Source: Candidatus Altimarinota bacterium
GTDB taxonomy: Bacteria; Patescibacteriota; Gracilibacteria; UBA1369
Length of the DNA: 32,000 nt
Direction: 5' to 3'
NCBI GenBank assembly: GCA_041659405.1
Contig: JBAZYK010000008.1
Location: 1 to 32,000 of the forward strand
The notes under the pieces are model-generated. The model worked only from the letters and a program-made list of their open reading frames with translations, did no database searches and was not told the origin of the DNA. Of this stretch, positions 16,884 to 24,458 are shown piece after piece. Within the stretch, counting starts at the first letter, position 1; each line of letters starts with the position of its first letter. Both the position numbers and the translations under genes were made by a program.

Positions 16884-17444
16884 ATGCTCAAAAGGCTTTT
16901 TACCTCCAGCACACGCATAAAACTCCTTACACTCTTCCTGTTAAATCCGGACCAGGAATTTTTTATTCGTGAGTTAACCCGCAAACTTAACGAGCAGATT
17001 AACTCGATCCGTCGCGAGCTGGATAACCTCAAGAAAATTGGCTTACTTAAGAGCAAAGAGCGTAATCGTAAAAAGTATTATATTGTGAACAAAAATTTTA
17101 TTATTTTTCATGAGCTCAAAAATATCATCATGAAAGCCATGAGCGACAAGGAAAATCTGGTTAAAAAAATGCTCCAGTTTGGCGATATTGATGTGATTGT
17201 TTTAGCCGGCCAGTTTGTAGATAAAGAGGCTCCGGTCGATCTTTTGGTTGTTGGCACCGTAAATCGTGAAAGTCTGGAAAATTACCTCCATGATGAAATG
17301 CAGACCAATCACCCTGTGAAATTCAGCTTGATGAGCCGCGATGACTACATGTATCGCCGCAAGTGTAAGGACAAATTCCTCCATGACATTGTCGACGATC
17401 AGGACAATATGGTGGCCTTAAATCGTTTGGAGAAAAGTGAATAA
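16884..17444 (+). CDS. winged-helix (ArsR-like) transcriptional regulator with an extra C-terminal domain
   Basis: The N-terminus RIKLLTLFLLNPDQEFFIRELTRKLNEQINSIRRELDNLKKIGLLKSKERNRKKYY matches the wHTH pattern. 186 aa. Confidence 0.65.
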   Translation: MLKRLFTSSTRIKLLTLFLLNPDQEFFIRELTRKLNEQINSIRRELDNLKKIGLLKSKERNRKKYYIVNKNFIIFHELKNIIMKAMSDKENLVKKMLQFGDIDVIVLAGQFVDKEAPVDLLVVGTVNRESLENYLHDEMQTNHPVKFSLMSRDDYMYRRKCKDKFLHDIVDDQDNMVALNRLEKSE

Positions 17445-17543
17445 AATTTTGACTTGCATTTTTCAAGTCAGATCCGTAGACTGCTAAAGCATTTTGAGGT
17501 GAACTTGCCGTTCATCGCATTCAAATCCTAAAAAGTTACCACA

Positions 17544-18089
17544 ATGACTCATACATTAGTACAAGAAATAGAAAAGCAATTTACCAAGAAAGACGTTCCG
17601 GTATTGCGCCCAGGTTACGCTGTTCGCGTTCACCAAAAGATTAGGGAAGGTGAAAAAGAACGTGTTCAGATTTTTGAGGGCCTCGTGATCTCTTTAAATA
17701 GCGGTCATGGCGTTAGCAAAATGGTGACTGTTCGCAAAGTAATCGAAGGAATTGGCGTGGAGAAGATTTTCCCGCTTCATTCACCAAACATTGTAAAAAT
17801 CGAGATTGTTAAGACTTCCGGTGTTCGTCGCGCTAAGCTTTATTACATGCGTGGTTTGGCTGGTAAGTCTGCCAGACTTCGTTCCAAACTTGGTTTGATG
17901 GCCGAAGATGAAAAGATGACAAAAGAAAAAACTAAAGAATTAGCGGAAGAGTTATTGGAGGAAGAAGAGGTAGTTGCTCCAGCAGAAGAAGTAGTTGCAG
18001 AAGCTCCAGAAGTAAAAGCGGAAGAAACAACTGCAGAAGCTCCGGAACCAAAAGCAGAAGAAGTAACTGCTGAAGCGGAACAAAAATAA
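17544..18089 (+). CDS. rplS: 50S ribosomal protein L19 with an acidic C-terminal extension of about 60 aa
   Basis: VPVLRPGYAVRVHQKIREGEKERVQIFEGLVIS...RRAKLYYMRGLAGKSARL is canonical L19. The tail EELLEEEEVVAPAEEVVAEAPEVKAEETTAEAPEPKAEEVTAEAEQK is additional. Confidence 0.93.
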   Translation: MTHTLVQEIEKQFTKKDVPVLRPGYAVRVHQKIREGEKERVQIFEGLVISLNSGHGVSKMVTVRKVIEGIGVEKIFPLHSPNIVKIEIVKTSGVRRAKLYYMRGLAGKSARLRSKLGLMAEDEKMTKEKTKELAEELLEEEEVVAPAEEVVAEAPEVKAEETTAEAPEPKAEEVTAEAEQK

Positions 18090-18144
18090 CTCGCAACAAA
18101 ACTTGCAAAAATAATTGCAGCACGAGTTTGATCACATGCAACCT

Positions 18145-18173
18145 AAATCCGGTCGAAAGACTGGATTTTTTGT
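18145..18173 (+). terminator. intrinsic terminator after rplS
   Basis: aaatccggtc-gaaa-gactggattt followed by TTTTG. The stem has one G-T pair. Confidence 0.7.
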
Positions 18174-18264
18174 TTGTAGATAGGCAGAGTCAAGGAAGTG
18201 CGCGGTGGTAAATTTAATTGAGACCATTATCGCATGTTGCACGATTGTTGATTCACCAGTATTT

Positions 18265-18990
18265 ATGCCTTTACAGCCATTTTCCAAATTTCTTCCCCAA
18301 GGTTTTAAGGCCGATTTTACCGAGGTTTGCGGGATTGATGAAGTTGGAAGAGGTTGCTGGGCCGGGCCGCTTGTGGCGTGCGCTCTAATGTTTAATGAGG
18401 ACATCAAAATAAAAGATCTCAAAGATTCCAAGCAACTCACCAAAGAAAAGCGGGAGGAGGTTTTTGAAATGCTAAGTCAGGCTAAAAAAGAGCAGAAAGT
18501 TTTTTTTGGAGTGGGTATTTCTGAAGTTCACGAAGTGGATGATTTAGGCGTAATTAAGGCCAATAATTTGGCTTTTGTAAGAGCTTTGAAGGAAATGGTA
18601 AAAGCGGGGGCGGCGCAAAATTCCGGATTGAAAAAATTCAAAGCTTCAGAAAACATTAAAAAATCGCAGAGGAAGTTTTCCGCGCCAAAATTTTTGCTGG
18701 TTGATGGCAGAGATAAACTGCTTTTGCCATATCCTTTTGCAACTGTAATCAAAGGCGACGAAAAAATTAAAATGATTGCCTGCGCTTCTATTATTGCCAA
18801 AGTCACACGTGACCGCATGATGTGCGAACTCGCCAAAAAATATCCGGAATATGGATTCGAGCTTCACAAGGGCTACGGCACGGAACGTCATCAGCAAGCC
18901 ATAAACGAGCATGGTATTACCGCAATCCACCGCCGTCATTACAAACCGGTTTATATGACATTTCAAGCCACTTTGCCGTTTGGGGATTGA
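18265..18990 (+). CDS. rnhB: ribonuclease HII
   Basis: GIDEVGRGCWAGPLVACA catalytic motif near the N-terminus, then DSKQLTKEKRE and ASIIAKVTRDR...YGF..HKGYGT. Start is placed at ATG 18265 rather than the tracked GTG 18205. Confidence 0.88.
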   Translation: MPLQPFSKFLPQGFKADFTEVCGIDEVGRGCWAGPLVACALMFNEDIKIKDLKDSKQLTKEKREEVFEMLSQAKKEQKVFFGVGISEVHEVDDLGVIKANNLAFVRALKEMVKAGAAQNSGLKKFKASENIKKSQRKFSAPKFLLVDGRDKLLLPYPFATVIKGDEKIKMIACASIIAKVTRDRMMCELAKKYPEYGFELHKGYGTERHQQAINEHGITAIHRRHYKPVYMTFQATLPFGD

Positions 18991-19057
18991 ACGATCTGCC
19001 AATCTAACACAGAGCACAGGAAAAGCTTTCTGTGAAAATGCCAGATTCAGCCGCGCC

Positions 19058-20248
19058 TTAAAGATTTTTAAGAATTTCACTCAAATATCGGCTATTTTGT
19101 TCAGCCAAATTTTTGAAAATTGGTTTTTTATACGCCAGATTTTTTTGGATCAGTTCGTAGTTATCGAGCAGTTTTTCAAAATTGTCCTGCAGATCTTCAG
19201 CTTCAAAATGGCTCCACTTAAGTAAATATTCTTCTTTTTGCAAAGAATGTACAAAAGAAACCACCTTTTGGCTATAGGCCAAAGCCAAAAAAGGCGTTTC
19301 GGTCAAAGTTGCGAAAATCAGACTATGCAGGCGCATGCCAACAACGGCCTTTGCTTTCGCCATCAATTTTAAAACCTCACGATAATCGGAAGTGAATTCA
19401 AAAATTTCCACGGCATTTTTATTCAGAACAGAATTATAAATTTCCTCCAATGGTTTTACGTCATTATCCAAAACAAACTGAAAGGGGACTAACACAGTCC
19501 TTAAGCCTTTTTTTTGATAGAGCCAATCAATAAATTTGGCCAATTTTTTTAGTTTTGATTCATCGTGAGAACTCCATGGGCGAACGGAAAGGACAACATA
19601 ATTTTCGCGCTTTGCGGAAAGTGACATGCTTGTTGTCTGCGTTAAGCCTGATGCGTCCGGACCTTCAAACTCCACATCCAGGAAAAAAGCCGGATCGGTC
19701 AGAACATGGGCATTATGTATGCCGAGTTTTTGCAGGACGATAGCCGAAGAAGCATCTCGCACAGTAATAACTTTCGCTTTTTTAAAGACAACTTTGGTCA
19801 TGTGTCGGCCAAAAAATGTCATTAAAGGTCCAACACTTTGCCCCAAACAAAAAATCGGTTTATTGAAAAAACGGGCAGCTGCAGCCTGAATCGACCAAAT
19901 CAAAATCGCCAAAGGCCGTTCATCCGTAAAAAGTCCGCCTCCACCCAAAATAAAAATGTCACAATTTTTAATGGCACGCAAAGTTTCTAGCAGCCCTTTT
20001 TTAGTTAAAGCTCGCCAAAAAGAACGAAAGCCGGCAGGAAGAAGATGGACGGTTTTAAGTTGGTTCTCATCAGCAAAATTAGTTTGGTGCGCCTGCGCCG
20101 TTTCTTCCGGATTATGGCTCATTACCGTGATATTCGCCGGAGTCGCTTTTTTCACCAACGCCAAAATTCCATCCAAAATCGCCTCATCCCCAAGATTAGA
20201 AGCGCCATAATTGCCACAGATGACGATATTTTGTTTATTTTGAGCCAA
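19058..20248 (-). CDS. polysaccharide pyruvyl transferase family protein (CsaB-like)
   Basis: The N-terminal GNYGASNLGDEAILDG motif and the later GGGGLF..., LGQSVGP and MRLHSLIFA segments are typical of the family. The start codon is TTG (20246-20248). Confidence 0.75.
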   Translation of the reverse strand: MAQNKQNIVICGNYGASNLGDEAILDGILALVKKATPANITVMSHNPEETAQAHQTNFADENQLKTVHLLPAGFRSFWRALTKKGLLETLRAIKNCDIFILGGGGLFTDERPLAILIWSIQAAAARFFNKPIFCLGQSVGPLMTFFGRHMTKVVFKKAKVITVRDASSAIVLQKLGIHNAHVLTDPAFFLDVEFEGPDASGLTQTTSMSLSAKRENYVVLSVRPWSSHDESKLKKLAKFIDWLYQKKGLRTVLVPFQFVLDNDVKPLEEIYNSVLNKNAVEIFEFTSDYREVLKLMAKAKAVVGMRLHSLIFATLTETPFLALAYSQKVVSFVHSLQKEEYLLKWSHFEAEDLQDNFEKLLDNYELIQKNLAYKKPIFKNLAEQNSRYLSEILKNL

Positions 20249-20336
20249 AGTGGATGTAATAAAGAAACCTTACTTCGATTGTATAAAACAGACGAGGAAA
20301 CTGACAGCCCATTGTGGGCCTTAGCGTTGACAAAAA

Positions 20337-20345
20337 TGCTAAAAT
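20337..20345 (+). promoter_or_regulatory. extended -10 TGCTAAAAT (TTGACA at 20327-20332 is too close to serve as its -35)
   Basis: Same TGCTAnnAT pattern as the promoters at 2719, 8650 and 26255. It points into the GC-rich block. Confidence 0.4.
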
Positions 20346-20449
20346 ATAGTATCCTTCGCCTCCTGGTCACGAGTTTTCGTGATGAAGGTCGATTTGCACT
20401 TAAACGTGCCGTTTGACACTTCTTCATGACTTGAGATCAGTCGTTCTTT

Positions 20450-20464
20450 GAAAAGTCGCATTAG
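20450..20464. repeat. left copy of a perfect 15-bp inverted repeat (gaaaagtcgcattag)
   Basis: The reverse complement ctaatgcgacttttc occurs at 21509-21523. The pair brackets the GC-rich segment. Confidence 0.9.
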
Positions 20465-20705
20465 TACGATCTCTAACAGAGATCGATATGTATATAAGTT
20501 ATTGGCTACAGGCCAAACAGCCTTCAGGGGCTCAAATTTGCAAGCAAGTGCACGGGATTGCAGGCAGATTTGGGTCTCTGAAGGTTGCTCGCGCAACAAC
20601 CCAAGGAAGACTCGGTTCGCGCAGAATTTTGCGTGGATCTCTCAGCAGTTCGTTTCGTACGAAACCTCAAGAGGACCGCTTCGGGCAACCGGACGGTTTA
20701 GACAC

Positions 20706-21374
20706 ATGCGTCGACGCGTTCTCGGTTACATGGGCGCAGTCGTTGTTGCCATCATGGCTATCAACGGCTGCAAAAAGGGGCCGCCCTGCGACCCCCAGAG
20801 CGAAGTTTTGCTCAACGACGTGTGTCGTGACTGGTGCGATCCGGGAAACCACGCACGTGGTGCGAAGATCGACGGCGAGTGCGTCAATGCCTCGTCCGTT
20901 GACCCCAGCTACCAAGAGCCTGGGACCACTGGCAGCACCACGGTCAACAACACGACCACGGTGAACAACACGACCACGGTGAACAACACGACGGGTGCTG
21001 GTGGAAGCACGAGCACGACGACCACCACGGCGACCAACACGGGCGCTGGCGGCGGTACGGGCTCGACTATCACCTTCGCGTCCGACGACATGATGCTCTT
21101 GGGCAGCGATGGAGGGTTCTACCCCCAGCTCACGAGCAAGTCGTTCTCGTTCACGGGTGGTATGTCATTCGCGCTGACGGCGCAGAACTACATCGACGTC
21201 TCGGTGCAAGGCTGCAACATCAACGCGTACGACTACAGCCCTGCTGGATGGGATAAGAACACCCTCGGCAACGCACTGGCCGGAACGCCGGGTAAGCTCG
21301 AGCCTCTCACGATCCCGATCAGCGCGTTCCCCGGGAAATTCGGCAGCTTCATCTTCGATGTGACCTGCCCGTAG
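20706..21374 (+). CDS. GC3-rich putative lipoprotein, 222 aa, Cys-rich N-terminal region and Thr/Asn/Gly-rich linker
   Basis: MRRRVLGYMGAVVVAIMAINGC reads as an n-region, an h-region and a lipobox-like NGC. Codons strongly prefer G/C at the third position, unlike every other gene in the window. The tracked TTG start 20448 is rejected because the signal peptide begins at ATG 20706. Confidence 0.7.
   Translation: MRRRVLGYMGAVVVAIMAINGCKKGPPCDPQSEVLLNDVCRDWCDPGNHARGAKIDGECVNASSVDPSYQEPGTTGSTTVNNTTTVNNTTTVNNTTGAGGSTSTTTTTATNTGAGGGTGSTITFASDDMMLLGSDGGFYPQLTSKSFSFTGGMSFALTAQNYIDVSVQGCNINAYDYSPAGWDKNTLGNALAGTPGKLEPLTIPISAFPGKFGSFIFDVTCP
20937..20990 (+). repeat. 18-bp tandem repeat x3 (accacggtSaacaacacg) encoding TTVNNT x3
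   Basis: Units at 20937, 20955 and 20973. Units 2 and 3 are identical and unit 1 differs at one base. Confidence 0.95.
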
Positions 21375-21390
21375 CCCCATCCGGCAGTTC

Positions 21391-21481
21391 GGAAGGGGAG
21401 ACGCCTATTGCGCAATGCATAGGTTCGCGGTTTTACTACCGCACGTTATCAACGCCATGTTGATCGACGGTCTCCCCTTCC
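21391..21481 (+). other. 91-nt cloverleaf-like element: 12-bp closing stem plus three internal hairpins
   Basis: ggaaggggagac (21391-21402) pairs with gtctccccttcc (21470-21481). Inner hairpins are cctat/atagg (21404-21423), gcggt/accgc (21427-21442) and atcaac/gttgat (21448-21464). It starts 17 nt after the lipoprotein stop and has no U tract. Confidence 0.5.
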
Positions 21482-21508
21482 TGGAGCAGTGGATGTTAAC
21501 TTTAAACT

Positions 21509-21523
21509 CTAATGCGACTTTTC
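21509..21523. repeat. right copy of the 15-bp inverted repeat (ctaatgcgacttttc)
   Basis: Exact reverse complement of 20450-20464. Confidence 0.9.
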
Positions 21524-21619
21524 TATCCTAAATTTTTGATTAAAATTTCAAGTCAGCTAAATCGAAAACTAACCCTAAATAAAAAAGGGGATTTTATGTT
21601 ATTCAAAATTTTTTAATAC

Positions 21620-21755
21620 GGGCTGGGCAGTGCAATTTGAAGACATGTGCAGAGCGCAGCTGCCCGATGGATCATGATCCGGAGGGCTTCGCGAGGCCGT
21701 ACATGTTAGGCCGAGTGAAACAGCGAAGCGTTCTTCAAATTGCACTGCCCAGCCT
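21620..21755. other. GC-rich element closed by a perfect 23-bp stem around an 88-nt structured interior
   Basis: ggctgggcagtgcaatttgaaga (21621-21643) is the exact reverse complement of 21732-21754. The interior contains ggatcatgatcc, ggcttcgcgaggcc and two acatgt palindromes. It lies between the convergent lipoprotein and kinase genes. Confidence 0.6.
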
Positions 21756-22683
21756 GCAATGATCTATTTTTAATTAAATCAACTCCTCCCCAAAATTCTC
21801 TTCGTAGCGCTTTTTAAATTCCTGCCACGTGAATTTGTGGCCCTGCGTTCCGTGATTTTCCAGATTGTATGTTGCGGCAAGGGCGCCGATTTTGCAGGAT
21901 TTTTCCAGACCGTAATTCATTTCCATTCCAGCCAAAACTCCGGCTCTGAAGGCATCTCCGCAACCTGTGGGATCAACAATGTTAGAAGCCTTCACCGCAT
22001 GCACAAAATAATTGCCATCGTAGTCGCGCACACTGGCCCCACGGTCGCCGTGAGTCTCAATGTAGCATGGTGTCATCGTGCTGAGTTTTTCACGCGTTAT
22101 ACCCAGTTTTTTAGCTAAAAGCTCCGCCTCGTAATCATTCGCGATCAAAAGTTCCGCGCCTCCTATCGCCGTCAGCAACTGCGCCGGTGATAAACTGCCA
22201 ATTTGCTGCGCCGGATCAAAAATATATTTAATTTTATGTTCGGAACATTCCTGGCTTAATCTAACCATTCTCGCCGCGTCATCAGGCGCGATAATCGCCC
22301 AGGTGATCGCCCGATCCGCATAATCTTTAATTTGAATTGCATGTGGAGCGCTGCCCATAGCCCCAATCTGAAACATCGTGATTTGATTCAAACTTTTATC
22401 CGTCAAAATGTAAGCACTTGCTGTATAAAACTCCTTATTTGTCACAATACTCGAAGCGTCGATTCCATTGTCTTCAAGCCATTTTTTGTACTCATCAAAA
22501 TCTTTTCCGGCCACGCCAACAAGCAGCGGATCGCAACCCAACAACTTCAAAGTATAAGCAATATTCCCGCCGGTTCCACCATAATGCACCTTCTTGCTGT
22601 TAGACGTAAAAGTCACACTCAAACTATCCAGCTTTTGCGGCAAAAGCATGTCTTTAAAATACCCGTCATATTCCATTACATGG

Positions 22684-23484
<801 letters not shown>

Positions 23485-23529
23485 ATGAGTGTTATAATGC
23501 TATTAAGCCGGTGCCTTAGCCAGAATTTA

Positions 23530-23537
23530 CCCCCCCC
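23530..23537. repeat. C8 homopolymer (G8 on the coding strand) abutting the rfbD stop codon
   Basis: 23530-23537 is cccccccc. On the minus strand it reads taGGGGGGGG and includes the last base of the TAG stop. It lies in the 52-nt rfbD-rfbA spacer. Confidence 0.95.
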
Positions 23538-24448
23538 TACAGTTTTGCGATGTAATCTTTAAGCGCCTCATCCCATGGCCTTAAAGGTGGCAGTTTATTG
23601 TTGATCAGACCGGAATAAGTTGGTCTTGCCGCAGGGCGTACATACTCCGCGGAAGAGCATGGTACCACATTGACCGGCATATTTGCCAAGTCGAAAATTT
23701 TCTTGGCGAAATCAAACCAGGTCGTCTCTTTTTCATTGGTAATATGATAAATACCGGAAGGGTATTCGTGGCTTTCTACAAGCCATTTTACCTGTTCCGC
23801 CAAATCAACCGTATAAGTCGGTTTACCATGTTGATCATTGACCACTTTCAAAGGTTTTGCCTTTGCCCCGGCCTTTAGTTGTTCACTGCCAAGTTTAAGC
23901 ATGGTATCAACAAAATTCTTGCCGTGCTTACCAAAAAGCCAGGAAGTGCGGATTAAAAAGTATTTTCCACCCTCCGGCAAATCTTCTGCTGCAAAGCCTT
24001 CCGGGATCTGATCATCTTCGGCATATAAAAGTTCCATTTCTTCAATCAAAAGTTTTTCTCCAAGTTCTTTACCTCTACCATAAGCGTTAATTGGATTGGT
24101 TTTGTCCTCCTCTTTGTAACCTTTAACCTTCTGGCCATCAAAAACATAATCGCTACTAAAATGGACCAGGGTTGCGTCTATTTCTCTTGCAGCCTGAGCC
24201 AAAACTCCCACAGAAAGACCATTAACCTCATCGGCTTTTATCTCTTCTTTTTCGGCCAGATCCACATTGGTGTAACCGGTAGCGTTGATAACAACGTCCG
24301 GCTGAATCGTCATAAATTTTTCAAAAACCGCATTGCGATCGGTAATATCAAGATCGGCAAAACCCAAAGCAATCAGATCTTCTTTACCGAAAGCCCGAAC
24401 CAGGTCTTTTCCGAGCATGCCGTCTTTTCCAAGAATTAAAATTCGCAC
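23537..24448 (-). CDS. rfbD: dTDP-4-dehydrorhamnose reductase
   Basis: (V)RILILGKDGMLGKDL Rossmann motif, INATGYTNVDLAE and SSDYVFDG. The start is most likely GTG 24448. The tracked TTG 24472 would overlap the proS stop. Confidence 0.85.
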   Translation of the reverse strand: MRILILGKDGMLGKDLVRAFGKEDLIALGFADLDITDRNAVFEKFMTIQPDVVINATGYTNVDLAEKEEIKADEVNGLSVGVLAQAAREIDATLVHFSSDYVFDGQKVKGYKEEDKTNPINAYGRGKELGEKLLIEEMELLYAEDDQIPEGFAAEDLPEGGKYFLIRTSWLFGKHGKNFVDTMLKLGSEQLKAGAKAKPLKVVNDQHGKPTYTVDLAEQVKWLVESHEYPSGIYHITNEKETTWFDFAKKIFDLANMPVNVVPCSSAEYVRPAARPTYSGLINNKLPPLRPWDEALKDYIAKL

Positions 24449-24458
24449 ACCAATCAAA

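Noticed and set aside
17482-17490. TGCTAAAGC upstream of rplS as another member of the TGCTAnnAT promoter class
   Set aside because: The hexamer lacks the highly conserved final T, so the call is too weak to list as a feature.
20291-20310. gacgaggaaactgacagccc, which resembles the RNase P RNA P4 motif GAGGAAAGTCCGGGC
   Set aside because: Only the GAGGAAA heptamer matches. The rest of the conserved core is absent from the surrounding sequence.
20413-20441. TTGACA-17 nt-ATCAGT as a second promoter inside the leader
   Set aside because: The -10 hexamer is poor (it lacks the conserved A2) and sits in the middle of predicted helices. I kept only the TGCTAAAAT site.
20448-20705. Upstream 86 codons of the tracked 308-aa ORF (TTG start), and the overlapping 158-aa ORF at 20488-20964
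   Set aside because: The lipoprotein signal peptide begins at ATG 20706. The upstream part starts at a weak TTG, is Arg/Ser-rich and coincides with dense RNA hairpins. The 158-aa ORF is an alternative-frame open stretch typical of GC-rich DNA.
21620-21755. Long inverted repeat considered as an integron attC site or as SRP/4.5S RNA
   Set aside because: No RYYYAAC/GTTRRRY core sites occur at the ends and no integrase is nearby. The interior tccggaggg only superficially resembles the SRP domain IV GGAA/AGCAG motif.
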